A DNA stretch of 61,963 nucleotides, filler included, from Hausera hauseri (taxonomy: Eukaryota), in assembly GCA_046269625.1 (NCBI GenBank). It is 11 parts of 11 records of this genome, joined end to end, with 100 filler letters (N's around TTAATTAATTAA, not from the genome) between each part and the next. Parts side by side here need not be neighbours in the genome. Positions count along the whole stretch, not along the records: positions 1 to 10,084 come from JBJURY010242182.1; positions 10,185 to 14,631 come from JBJURY010576894.1; 9 more parts are not named here. One strand, 5' to 3'. Below the pieces are notes generated by a model that was not told where the DNA came from, did not search any database, and was given only the letters and a program-made list of their open reading frames with translations. The position numbers and the translations under genes were made by a program. This document shows positions 1 through 13,100 of the stretch, in pieces; the stretch's first letter is position 1, and every line of letters starts with the position of its first letter.

Positions 1-99
1 TCTACATCTAATGATTGAGCTAATATACAGGTTATTAGACTTAACATCATAAGTGATGTTATTAGTGATAAATTAGAGTTTCCATCCCTTATTTGTGAC

Positions 100-762
100 T
101 CTACGGGTGCTGGTTTCCATCTGTCCACATGAACTTTTATTGGATCGATTTTGTTCCGTTTATTCTTATTCAAGTAGACATTAGTTTCGTCTACCTTTTA
201 AATCATATATGGTCCCTTATACGGCCTATCTAGTTTTAGCGTCTTTCCTTTCCTACTGAAAGGTGTATGTAACATGACCTTGTCTCCCGGTTTAAAACCA
301 TGTGATTTAGCTTTCTTAACATGTCTATCTTTGTACTCTTTTTGGCATATTTTTGTATATCGTGAAGCCAAGTTCCATACATTTCCCAATTTTTCTTCCG
401 GTAATTCTTTATATTCCATATCTTTTAGATGAGAAAAAGGAATCTTAAAGTCTAAATCGATCGGCATATGAGCATCTCTGAGGCACATTAAATAAAATGA
501 AGTTTCTTTGGTAGCTTGGTGAATTTTGTTGCTAATTGCGAATAAACAAGGTTTGATATATTCATGTCAGCTGTCTTGTCGTTCGTTAACCATGGTTGCC
601 AGCATGTTAGTTAAGGTGCCATTAAATCTTTTTACCGTCCCATTTGTTTGGGGATGGTATGGAGTAGTTTTCAACTGCAGTATCCGGAATATTTTTGATA
701 TATCCGCCATTACTTCTCCGGTGAAGTTTGGGGCTTGATACGTCAGCAACTTTGTGGGTGCC
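100..762 (-). mobile_element. Gypsy/Ty3 LTR retrotransposon integrase remnant
   Basis: Motifs GAPTKLLTYQAPNF, TTPYHPQTNGTVKRFN and KLDRPYKGPY (GPY/F), with frameshifts. Clearly related to the integrase at 10798-11809. Confidence 0.9.
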
Positions 763-859
763 CTGTTATTAATGAGACAAAACTATAATTTAACAAGATT
801 TATTTCTATGCAACAAAATTTAAAAACTGTAATAAATATTTTTTTATTTTCGTGATATC

Positions 860-1558
860 TGTCATTTATCAACTAATTCACTTAAATCTTTGGGCCGAAT
901 AAAACCTGTGGCTTTGGGGTCATGATTCTCTCATCATTCATAAAAAAAATCATAATCGTTTTGATTTAAACCTTGTTGAATGTCTTTAGGGGCTTTACTG
1001 AAATTTTCAAGCATCACAACCATGTACATAATTACAATTACGGTAGGATTGATAAGCAGATATGGCGAGAGATAAAGTACAGCAGTCAGATAATTGGAAC
1101 AACCATTTGTGTCCTTATTACGGTTCATTATTCCTTCTAGAACAGAATTCCACACTGCCGTTGTACAAATCTGAAATAAAATGATCATCGTCTTTCCAAA
1201 AGTTTAAAAATTAAGTATCTTATTAAATCCAGCACTATCTGGAACACCACCACAGAACGACATTCCAACGTTGGCATAAATGAACATTATGAGTAATAAT
1301 AGTAGAGCTATATTGAATAATGCGGTGAGTGACACAATCAGAGAAAATAGTAATGTTCTAATTCATCGAGCTGACTTAATACGTCTTAGACCTCGGCCAA
1401 TTCTGAAAAATCGGACAACTCGTATTAATGTTGGTGAAACTGGAATTTCTGTCATGACTTTCTCCACAATTAAAAATCCAATTGACATCAGTACTATGAC
1501 GAAATCGAAAACATTCCAAACCATTTTTAAGTAGTACCATCTTAAGGCTATTACCTTA
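860..1558 (-). pseudogene. Voltage-gated sodium channel alpha subunit fragment (domain IV S3-S6 and start of the C-terminal domain), disrupted
   Basis: WNVFDFVIV (S3), SPTLIRVVRFFRIGRGLRRIKSAR (S4), TFGKTMIILFQICTTAVWN (DIV pore loop), MLENFS, DFFYE**ENHDPKATGFI. Several in-frame stops. Confidence 0.85.
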
Positions 1559-1559
1559 T

Positions 1560-4500
1560 TACTGCTGTGATAAATTGTTATGGGTAATTTCAGCGGATGG
1601 CGTATAGTGTCACTGAGAGATACTTGAAAACTACTCAAATTGACTGATTCCCTTTCCTTTTGTAAACATCCATTTCTACTTTCTGATAATTTGTGTCAAT
1701 AGATGGGGAAGATAGAATTTTTTCCTTTTTTAAGTTTTTCAATTCAATTTTTTGATGTTACTAATCCAATTGAGTACATTGATTTAGTTGGCAGCGAGTT
1801 GAATGGAATCTGAACGTCATGAGTCGAATTTGATACAGTTTGACTGTGGTGGCACTCGAGTCCGAGGCACCACACTACTCGCCCGTGACAAAAATGACAC
1901 TATGAAGGTGAAATGAGAAGAAACAAAACTGCCAAAAAGAACAGTGTCTGTGAACTATTGGGTCTTTGTATGGGCGAGACATTGAATTTTATCGAAATTT
2001 TGTTCTCTGCTATATTTGCTGAAAGTGGCTGTCTTGCTCTGTTTGACGTGTTGTTTGATAGTCTGCTGAGGTGATTGGGATAAAGTTAAATTTTGATTTG
2101 ACATGACAGCAGGTTGAGAACTGGTCGGTATGTCATTTAGTATAGATTTTGGAGTTGATGTATGTTTTGGAGTAGCAGGTTGCCGCGTATGCAGAGTTGA
2201 AGAAGAACTGAAGGAGTCAAGAAAGGTTTGTGCAGAATCAATCGAATGATCCGGTGTGTCATTAACGAAGAATGCGGATTTTACGTTGATTATGTGCAAG
2301 TTTTGTTCTTTGTCGTTTATGAGTATTGTGCACGTGTGTGGGGTAATATTAAGGACTTTGAATGGTCCTAAATAGTTTGGTTGGAATCAGGATGATGAGG
2401 GGCTTTTTAATCACACAAACTTTGCATTAAATAGTGAATCAGGTAAGTATGTTTTGTCACCATGTATTATTTTGCAGAAAGAGTCCTGGCTAACTGGATG
2501 GAATAATTTTGTGCGGATCTAATGGTTTCGTCAGTTGGTGTGTTGTCCAAATTGGTGAGTTCAAAGAGTGCACGAATTGTGGTACCAAAAAGTGCTTCAG
2601 CGGTTGTGCAACCAGTGGTAGTAGAGAGCGTGTTGCACCACCAGAGTAGAACGAAAGGAAGGATAGTAGTCCAGTTTATATGAGTTTCGGCCAGAATTTT
2701 TAGGGAGATTTTAAGTGTGCGGTGAAAGTATTCATATATTCTGTTTGACTGGGGGTTATATGGAGTTGTGCGTTTATGATTTATGCCCAGTTAATTAACT
2801 AAAGACTTGAATAGATTCGATTCAAATTGAGGACCTTGGACTATAATTAATTAGCGCGGCAAACCGAACCGACTATTCCAATTTCTTATGAATGTATCGG
2901 TTATGGAGTCTATATTAATGGAGCGCAAAGGAACAGCTTCAGGCCAGCGAGATGCGCTGTCCATCATTGTTAAAATCAATTGGTGGCCGTTATCGGAAGG
3001 TAATGGTCCGATGATATCTAGATGTTCAGATCCAAAACGGGACGTGCAGGGGAAATGAAATATAGGTGGTTTGAAATGTTTAGCTACTTTTAATTTTTGG
3101 CAACCCAGACATTGTCTAACCTAGTCCTGTACGTCAGACATCATCGATGACCATGCTACTTGACGTTTGAGGAGGCGGAATGTAGCCTTGGAACCCGTGT
3201 AATGTAACGAATGAAAATGCTGAAATGCAGTTTGTTGTAGAGGAGGTGCCATAATTGGCAAATGATGCCCAGGTGTCGAAGTGTCCGCAGCTATTCCATC
3301 GATGATTTGTGCGGATTTGTACTGTTTGAGAGTTTCAGCGAAAAGGGAATTTTTGATTAATTGTTCCTTACAGAATATTGGTGTGACGCTGATTGCACCA
3401 ACTGACCGTGATAAGAAATCGGCTATTAAATTGTCTGTTCAGAAATATGGCAAATTTTAAAGCTAAATGTTGACAGATATGAGATATGGCGTTCTTGTCG
3501 AAGAGATGGTTGTTTCATGTTCATTACGTGAACGACAGGTTTATGGTCCGTTTCAATGGTGAAGGAACGAGAAATAAGCAAATGTAAAAAATGTTTCAGA
3601 GCTAAAACAATGGCCAGGAATTCTCTGTCGAAGGTGGAATAGCGGCGTTCTTGTGGCTGCAGCTTACGTGAAAAGAATTCTAACGGCTCATTTACATCTT
3701 GAGATATTTGATAAAGAACCGCTCCTACTGCTGTGGTTGATGCGTCGGTTGATAAAATGAGATCAGCATCAGGTTTGTCGCGGAATCCATCGAACTGGTT
3801 AACAAGTTTTGGTGTCCAATATATAAGTTTTTTCTTCGGCCCTGCTTCCCGTGAGCGAAAGGAGCAGTTAACTGGCTACAGTGTTGGACGTATTTATGGG
3901 CAAAATGTAAAGTCCCAAGGAAACTACGCATGTTATTAGTGATTTTTGGTAGATCGATGTTTTGTAACTGATGAATTCTCTCAGGCTGAGGATTGTAACC
4001 GTCAGATGTGATGACGTGGCCAAGGAAATTGGCCCTTTTTGTGGAAGAATGAACATTTAGAAAAGTTCACTTGCAAATTATAGTTGTGTAAGCGTTGGAA
4101 AACTAGTTTGAAATGTGCTTCGTGTTGTTTGGGCGATGCTGATGCGACTAGTATGTCATCAATGTACGGATATACAAATTCAAGCCTGAAAGGACTGAAC
4201 CAATGTGCAGTTGAAAAGTTTGTGCTGCATTCTTTAAACCAAACGGCACGAATACATATTCAAAAAGACACAAATGTGTTATTATGGCCGTTTTCTGGAT
4301 GTCATTAGGTGCTACCGGTATTTGCTGGTAGGCTTTTTCAAGATATATAGTCAAATAAATTGTGGTCCTGTGAAAAGAATGCAATATATCCTCAATCAAA
4401 AGTACAGGATAAGCATCCATGGTAGTAACGTTATTAAGTTGGCGATAATCACCGCATGGACTGAATGTGTCATCTATTTTGGGGACGACGTGGAGTGGTG

Positions 4501-6450
4501 ATGCCCAAGGTAATTTCCAGCGCTTTATTATGACAGCTTGCTCAAATGCAGAGAATTCCGCTTGGACCTCCTGTAGACGGTATGGTGAAAGTGGTGGGAG
4601 TTTTTGCCTAACGGACCTCTGATTTTTTGTGATGGTATGATGAAACATCGTGTTAACCGATCAAAAAGCTGGGTCTTTTTTATTGTATGAAAACAAGATT
4701 TTATTAAATATTGTTGCATTTCTTGACTAAATGTAGTAAAGGCTGTTGTTGTTACGGCAGTGGCTTGATTTGACTTGGTGTGAGAAACGGTAGAAATTGG
4801 GTCGCCTAAATTGGACTTCAACAGAAACGTAGGAATATTTATATTGGTATTAATAATGTTTTTAGTCACATTGGTTGATGGTTTCTTTAATATTGATTTT
4901 GTAGTGGAGATAGGCTGCATTATCGGTTGGTTAATTGTAGATGTCGGCTTTATGGAACTGCATTTAATGACCCGACATTGTCTACAATTTACAAGGAGGT
5001 TGTAAAAAATAAGAAATCAAACCCACATATTGGAGATTGTGTGTCGGCAACGATGAAAGTCCAATCAAAAATGTCGGCGAATGGTGGTAATGTGAATGAA
5101 ACCTTGGCCGTCCCGAATACACGTAAAGCTTGGCCATTAGCTGTGTACAACTTTGTGTTAGACAGTGATATGGCTGTCGTTTGGATGGACGGTGGTAACA
5201 GAGAGACAGCGGTCCCTGAATCAATGACGAAGTTGATTAATTGATTGGATTTGGAAGTTAAAGAGGCTTTTAATGTAAAAATGGCATAAGTACGGCTCTC
5301 ATGATGAAAATGTTTGCCTGTGCCAGCATTTGCCGAAACATCTGGCGGCTTTATGAGTTTTTTGGCGGCATAGGATTCATGTTATTGGAAGGGGTAGGAT
5401 GTGATGGATTAGATCGGTTAACGAATGTGCAATCCGTAACGCAGTTCTATGCTTTAGAATTGAATTTATTATGGTATATGCAGATAATATCGGATCTTTT
5501 GGAATAGGGAGCATAAAGTCGGCAACCTAAGCAGCATGTAGTGGAGTTGTTTTTGAATTTGGTGTGGTAGTAACACACCACTGATCGTATAGATGACCTA
5601 GCATGCCTTGAATTTTGAGATGAAGTGCAGCTATGGTTCGCATCGAAACGATTTCGTCTAGGCTTGGTAAAAGCTTTGATTTTTGAGGTGAGTGCAGAAA
5701 TTCCCTGGTGTATGTTGGCGTTTTCAAAACGTAAAGAATTTATCTGGGAAATCAGATTATATATTTCGTTAGCCTGTTGAGTTGTCGGTGCTTGTAGCGT
5801 AGCGGCTACTAATGGGGCTGTATGTGCATGTAATATCTCGTGGCTTTTGTCAGCCAGTTGTGCTAGTTTTTGTAGTGACGATGTGCCCTCTATGGTCAAC
5901 AGTGCACGTATGTCTCTAGGCAAAGACTGCAGAAAATATCTGCGTGGTAAATCGGCGTTGTTTGCTTTATTAACGCCAAGAGTAGTCAATTGAGTTAGCG
6001 AGATTTGGAGAAATTCTGAGGGTTTCAATGTGCCTATGGTGTTGTCATTAAAATATTTGTGGATGTTATCCAGAAATCGTTCCGTGATTTTTAAAATCGG
6101 GTTAAAAGTGTTTGTATGGGTCACTGCTTTGAAAAATTTCCGACAAGTTTGGAAGCTACGACTTAGTGTTCGAAGGCAAAAGTATAAGCAAGCTGTTTGC
6201 TTTGAGAAAAGAGTCGACAATATTATTGGACTCCAACCACGTCCGGCTGGAATGTTGCTTGTCAACGAAGTATTTTACGCAAGATAGATTTACAGTAGAC
6301 GACGGAGGTAGAGGTGAATTTAGCGGTACGCTTATTGTAGGAATGTCGGCAGTCTTGTTGGTCCTTAGATGAGGCTTTTGGATCGGATCCACCTAACAGA
6401 CGGTAGTGTACGGTCAGTACGGTGTTGAAAATAAGTCGGTGTAACATGTT
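1560..6450 (-). mobile_element. Decayed Gypsy LTR retrotransposon (gag-PR-RT-RH-IN)
   Basis: gag about 6392-5447; protease FVIDSGTAVSLLP about 5220; RT WASPLHVVPK...YRQLN...GLKNAAQTFQ...YIDD at 4650-4150; RNase H TDASTTAVGAVL about 3745; integrase HLDIIGPLP and TTPYNPQSN. A possible PPT at 1875-1884 is followed by a TG LTR start at 1874; no matching 5' LTR was found. Confidence 0.92.
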
Positions 6451-6619
6451 ATAATGTCGGATTGTTGAAGAAAAAGTCCGTTAAAACTGAGGCGAAAATT
6501 AGCAAGAGTTGTTTGTCGTTGTAACATGCCTTAAAATTTTGCAACTGTTGCTGATTTGTGAATGTAGTAGGTTTGTGTATGCTTATTTTCAAGTAGCAAG
6601 ACAAGTGGGACAAAATTGT

Positions 6620-7098
6620 CACAAGTCGGATGTGCAATGTGGTGCATAAGACACGAATGCGCCCAAAATCCCTGAGCTATAATGGCTGGTATATCCAACC
6701 GGAGTGGTATCCGGAACATTAGATCTGGATATGACTTGGAACATTTGATCAGTTGGTTCGGAAAACGATAAGTCAATTCTTTTTGTTTGTATGTTAGGTA
6801 GTTCAGCAAGTAACTTTTTAGATTCCAGTCCCTTTAAAAGTTCGGTCTTATTTTCTTCTGTTTTGACACTTGTCGTCTTGATGATTTCTTTAAAAACAGC
6901 CAAACGTTCTCTAACATTTCAATCCTTAACTTGATGCCGATTGAAAGGATTTTCGTGAAATTTCCGATCACCGACATTTGACGGCAGTGCTACTAATTGA
7001 GGCTGCAAACCAATGAATTTGTAGCTTTCAATCTTTTTAATCACCTTTGCCATGAGATCCTCGAGTACATCGTTTGTCTCCTTTCGATAGATTTTCAT
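6620..7098 (-). pseudogene. Unknown coding fragment, possibly DUF4419-like N-terminus, ending near the Gypsy element
   Basis: About 160 codons open apart from one stop; ends SSGILGAFVSYAPH. The family resemblance is weak. Confidence 0.25.
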
Positions 7099-7311
7099 AT
7101 TATACTCATCTTAAATTAGAAGACAATGAAAACAACGTAGAACTGCTGATTGACAAAAATTCTGTCTATCTTTATGGAGAACATTAAAATCGCCTTTGTC
7201 AAAAATTTGTTTTTGTAAAATACATGTCATTCGACTTTCATCTCCAACTTTTTTGAGACATTCAGTCTCTTGATGATTCATGATGTAATTTCACACGAGT
7301 CTGGTACTCTG

Positions 7312-9218
7312 CTAAATGAACATATTCGGTGATAGTACAAAACTGATTGTAAAAAGATTGAGTGTCAAAAGTGTGGAATCATAAATCGATGTATCTTTGC
7401 ATAAAGTCTTAGCAGCTGGATCGAGAATATTACTCTTAATATATCGTGCGCTATGAAAGGTGTGGACTTGGTTCCTGCTGCAAAACTCGGATATAGTCCT
7501 GCAATATTGTTGCTTCTCGGTCAAACAACTAACGGAGGAAAAACAAATGTTTAAATGGTCCTGACAATCAGAAACCAATTTCTCCAGTAAAACGAATGAC
7601 TTCAATATCAACTGTTATGTACAATATAATTTCAGCCATTCGAAAATTGATGGAAGTTCCATCACATCGAAATCGCCCTTTGTCAAATCCCGCCGAATTC
7701 TGCATAACATCAGTCAAAAGGTGAATAAAACCAATTTTGTTGTATCTGATAGCTTCATCACAAAACATGAGCAACGTTGTACAGAGATTTGTGGAAATGT
7801 TATCCAGTCTGCTCAGTTTTAAAAAATCAAGGGTACTAATATTCAACTTATTCGACAAGACGATCATGGTTCTCAGAATTGTGTCTAACAGTCCGTGTGA
7901 AGATGTCAAACATATTAGTTGAAAGAGAATTACGATTGTTTCTTCCTGGTCCCAACAGTGAATGCGTTTCTGATGTACACTATTATAGAATTGTTCAGTG
8001 AAACTTTTTGACTCAATGAGTAATGAATCATGGAGAATAATATCACTAAGATTCGTATCCGTATTCATCACACATTCAGTTTCTTCATACAATACCAATT
8101 TATCCAAGTACAGCGATAATTTCAATCGCATTCGAATATTTTCCGTTTAACTAACGGCAGTTCATTGTGACATTGCGCGCCAACATGAATATCATCAAAC
8201 TCGTCACAAATGAACTGGAAATCATCAGACACAACAACACAATCATTATTCAGCTGATCTGCAGCTGTCGATTGCAAACCCAGTTTCAACAGACAACGCG
8301 ATGACTCAGCACTGTCCAGAATATGTTCCAAACATTTATTCAGTATCAAATTTTTCTTCATTATTATTATCATGGATTATTTTGTTCTAATTTCGCCATT
8401 GCTTCTGCAATACGCTATCACTGTCTAATTAGTATTGTTTGGCTAACAATAATGCATCGTTGTACTGCTGTTTGTCCACTTTTATTTCGAACAATTCCTC
8501 CCATGTTGTAATTTGGAAACGATTCTATGTAAAACGTAGGCGATATTTCAAACAGACGTCGTCTTTCCTGTTCAACGATCGTATAATGAATTCGATGATT
8601 TTATTATAGCTTAGTCGGGGTTATGTGTCAAGGGCAGATTTACTCGTCGAACTACCGTCGGGTTTTGATGAACATGAGAGAGAAAATTGTTTCGTTGGTT
8701 TCGTTTTCAATTTGTGTAAATGGCGACAGACAAATTGACTTTCTTTGATCGACTTAAATCCGTAGGAGGATAAAATATCACCTTGTTATTCTGTAGACTG
8801 ACAACGACAAATTCGTTATTCCAAAAGCACACGTCGAATATTGCACTGCAATTAAATCCAGTCGGTAGAACGGCTTTAAGATACATTTTGATTAAGATAT
8901 ACATCCCGATTATTGACCGACGAACAGTATTTGAACAATTTCAAGGATGGAAACGACCAGACTGAAATTTTCTCGGTCAAATGAATATCAACGAGCATAT
9001 CGTTTATTTTGGTTATTTCCACAATATAAACACCATCGGACGACCCGTTGAAAATGCGACTCCAAAACCAAATGCGATGATTTTCCATTGTGAGACTTTG
9101 AAATTGTTGAAATGAACATACGGTTGACGACATCAGAGTCAATGGATAAGGTTACGCCAAAGAAATTTGAACAATTCGACCATGACGCGGTACGCCAATG
9201 TGGAAAAAAAATTTTCAT
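7312..9218 (-). pseudogene. NBAS: NBAS (neuroblastoma-amplified sequence/Sec39-related) homolog, fragmented
   Basis: PHWRTASWS (cf. PQWRRVAWS), LILNKCLEHILDSAESSRCLLKLGLQST (cf. WVLHECLERVPENVDAAKELLQYGLKGT) and RLKLSLYLDKLVLYEE (cf. KLLTYLDRLATYEE), spread over several frames. Confidence 0.7.
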
Positions 9219-9429
9219 AATATGATATTGAAATACTAATTTATCATCAGGGAAAGTAGATATTTTTCATGAGAATCCATTCGTACCTAATTCCAAATAT
9301 TTCTGACACCAATGGAATTGTTGGGCATGGGGAAATAATTTGTTTTTATTTTCCATTATCATTTCGATAGATAAAAATAAACGGTTTCAACGACAATAAG
9401 TTTAATTAACTTCAAAAATTCTAAATTTT

Positions 9430-10084
9430 CTTTATCAATTTGCAAATTGATTCCCATATTACATATCAGAGTATATTCAGCTTGAGTATTCTTTGTTTTC
9501 TGAAAAGTTATTTAAAACGAAAAGAGTGAATTACGGAAAATCCCAGTGTTTGTTCGCATCGATGTAAGTAAAAATACTTTTGATCACAGGTTGAATATTG
9601 AAGGCAACACGGAAAATAATATCTCAAAAAACACAAACAGCTTCTGTTGTTGGATTGGCTTCGTTTTCTCTATTATCTGATTCATTTTGGCCATGAAGTT
9701 TCATGTTAAAAAGCAAAGTCGGTATTATCAAATTCAAACTACGTGAATCTAGAACGTTCACTTGTAACTGATCCATCGTTGACTTCCGAACAACACCGTT
9801 AATGCCTTTTATGCCGGCGACTCGCAACTTAGTGCGCTTAGATTCATCACTTTCATTATTATGGGTTAGTTTGACAAAATGCTGAATTAGATATTTATAT
9901 TGCCTGTTGTAACTTTGCGTATCTTCCGATAATTGAGAAAAATGCATGAAACTTTTACATCCCAAAAGTTGATGTTCGTATTTATTGCTGTCCAACAGCA
10001 GTTGAATCATTTTGCAATAGCTAACAACAAATAAATTAGTCGCTCATTGTAGCAGGCATTCATTAAAGAATTAATAGCATCCAT
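9430..10084 (-). pseudogene. EFR3: EFR3 homolog, N-terminal region, disrupted and cut by the contig end
   Basis: QLLGCKSFMHFSQLSEDTQSYNRQY...LRVAGIKGINGVVRKS...IIPTLLFNM matches the EFR3 family. Stop at 9624 and a frameshift upstream. Confidence 0.85.
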
Positions 10085-10184
10085 NNNNNNNNNNNNNNNN
10101 NNNNNNNNNNNNNNNNNNNNNNNNNNNNTTAATTAATTAANNNNNNNNNNNNNNNNNNNNNNNNNNNNNNNNNNNNNNNNNNNN
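10085..10184. other. Artificial contig linker, first of 10 (others: 14632-14731, 21600-21699, 26727-26826, 30866-30965, 35947-36046, 40799-40898, 45174-45273, 49220-49319, 54703-54802)
   Basis: Identical N44-TTAATTAATTAA-N44 blocks with stops in all six frames. The N run at 29143-29293 lacks the linker and is an ordinary scaffold gap. Confidence 0.98.
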
Positions 10185-13100
10185 TTATCCTACAGACTCT
10201 GACTTCTAAGGTTACTGTTTCCACTAGTTTTATTGTTATTCTTTGTACTTGGTCTAATTATATCATGGTTAATATCTCACTACAACTTCTTCCGCTTTTA
10301 AATCTCATAGGTCTTGCTATTATCTGCTTAAGTATTATTTCGTTTAGTTTAGATTCGTTCATTTGTTGTCTGGTAGGAATTACTATTGATCTATAGAACT
10401 TCGTCTTCTGACTTGTATAATAATCTCCTTGTCTTTTTATAAGTGTGAGATAGGTATAATGAACACCTGAGGTTTGTACTGCGCATTTGGTTTTATTGGT
10501 CCCTGCGTGAAGTAAGCAATCATATTGTCGTTTATTACAGTCTCTTTTGCTATTATGCCAAGGTATCATTTGTATTCTCATTATATATTCCAGGGGCATT
10601 CGTCTCGGCATGTTCCAGATTATCACTTTCTGGCCTCTCTCTGAATAGGTTATTTTATATTGTAAGTTCTTCATTAACAGGTCTTCTGTTGTAGCTATTG
10701 CATGCCGTGTTTTTGCTCGTTCGACTTATTGATCCGTCATCTGTCCAGCCACTTGTGGAAATAAAAAGATGATGGTTAATAATAGGCTCTTTATTAGTCA
10801 ATACCTTCTATGGGTTGAGTTTTCTTCCTCTACCTTTTCAGTGATACTTAGTACTATTTTCTTTTCGCCTTTTCTTAGCTCACTTTCTCGGGCCGCTGGC
10901 TTACATCTGTTAACGTGGACCTTTACGTATGAATTGTTTTTCTTTAAGCATACATTTGGTAGATTCACTTTCTTAACCTCACACGGTCCCTTATATGGTT
11001 TATCCAACTTATACGTTTTACCCTTTTTAATTGCCGGAGAATATAACATTACTTGATCTGCTATCTTAATTTTTGGTTGCTTAGTCTTCTTATCATAATA
11101 TCTTTTATACTTAGATTTATAATCCTCTTGATTATCACAAATCGTCTTGTAGGCTAGTTGGAGACGTTCCTGCATTAATTGTTTATAGTCTTCCATTTCC
11201 ATCAAGTGTGAGACAGGTCTGACATTAAAGTCTAAGTAAATTGGTAATCTTGCATCCCTTAAATACATTAGGTGAAAAGGTGTCTCTTTAGTAGCTTCGG
11301 AACTGATTTTCGATTTACGAACACACATGCATTAACATATTCATCCCAATCGTCCTGTCTAGTATTAACTACTGTTTGTAATTTTCCTTTCAAATCTCCG
11401 ATATACCTCTTGACCAATCCGTTATTTTCTGGGTGTCCTGGCATGGATCATAACTTCAATATCTTAAAAATATCATATATAGACCGCATTACAGTTCCAG
11501 TAAATTTGATGCTTGGTCGGTCAGAATAATTCTTGGGGCTCCGTAATTAAACACTACGTTTTCAACAAACTTCTTAGCAATCGTATCTGCCTTCATATAT
11601 GCCATGGGTGCGGCTACAACCCATTTGGTGAAATAGTCGATGAAGACTAAAATATATTTATTTCCATTCCGAGTTAATAGTAGTGGTCCCGTTATATTCA
11701 TTGCAGTAAATTCGAATGGTGCTGGGGGTTGTCCCATAATTTCAAAGGCGCTTTGAATTTTGATCCGGTATTTTTCCGGGTGGCGCATAATTTGCAACTT
11801 TCGCACCATTCTTGTACGTCCTTTGTCATAGTGGGTCAGAAATATTTTCGTTTTAACTTATTGAGTGTCTTCCTTGCCGATTGGTGCCCACCAAGTAATC
11901 CATCATGATATTGCGATAACAAAACTGTTCTATTCTTCTTTTGAATTACTAACGCCGGTCCATCTTGGTGGCTGTAATATAAAATCCCGTCCTTCTCTTC
12001 ATAGGCATCACTAAACCGAGCTAAGTGTCGTGCTAATTTTTCGATTGTTGGTAGTACCTTATTCTGCATAAAATTCTTAATTATTTTTATTTCGAAATCT
12101 TCCTGTTGGTTTTGTTTAATCTTTTCTACCGATCCATCCATACTCCAGACTGCTGCTATTACCTCTTTCTTTACCTTTGTATCTTCTGTCATTCTGGATA
12201 CAGGTTTATACTGGTTCCAGGTTTATACTGGAAAATTAAAAAAAGAAATTTAATGCATAGGGTTTCAGTTTAAGAGCCCATCGTAATAATCGACTATTTG
12301 GGTTTTTGTGCTGTTTCAGCCATTGTAATGGTCGATGATCGGTATATATCAACAACGGTTTATTCTCACTAATGTACGGTGAGAATACTTCTAAAGCACA
12401 TATTACTGCCAACAACTCTTTTCAATTACTGCATATTTCTTTTGGTGCTTATTAAGTTTTCGTGACGTATACGCTACTGGATGCTCTTTACCGTCTTCAC
12501 CCTTTTGTGATAACACTGCCCCGACTCCGTAATCGCTTGCATCTGCAGCTAATATGAATGGCTTATTTATATCGGGTTAAATTAATATGGGAGCAGTTAG
12601 TAATCTTTTTTTTAAATACTTTTTGACACTCAGTAGTCCAAACTACTGTATCCAGATCTTCACGTAATAATTTGTATAAGGGTCTTGCGATTTTGCTGAA
12701 ATCCTTTATATATCTCCGATAGTAATTCGCCAAACCTAAAAATCGGCGTAATTCTTTAATTGTAGTTGGTTTTGGGAAGTCTCTTATTTTTTCCAATAGT
12801 TTGTCTTGAGGCTTTACGCCATGTTTGTCTACTCTATGTCCAAGAAAATCAACTTCCGTTTGAGCAAATGAACATTTCTTCGGGTTTATCTTCAGACCCA
12901 TGATTTCACACCTATGGAAGAGGTCTTGCAAATTTTTTATACGTTGTCGGAAATTTGGTGATGCTATTATTACATCATCAATATATACCATGGCGTGTGG
13001 AGCGTTTAACAGTAGATGTTCAGTTCCTCTCTGGAATGTTGGTGGTCCATTTTTTAGTCCGAATGGCATCCTATTAAACTCCCACAATCCTTCACCGATT

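Noticed and set aside
10129-10140. Recurrent TTAATTAATTAA palindrome
   Set aside because: It is the assembly concatenation linker.
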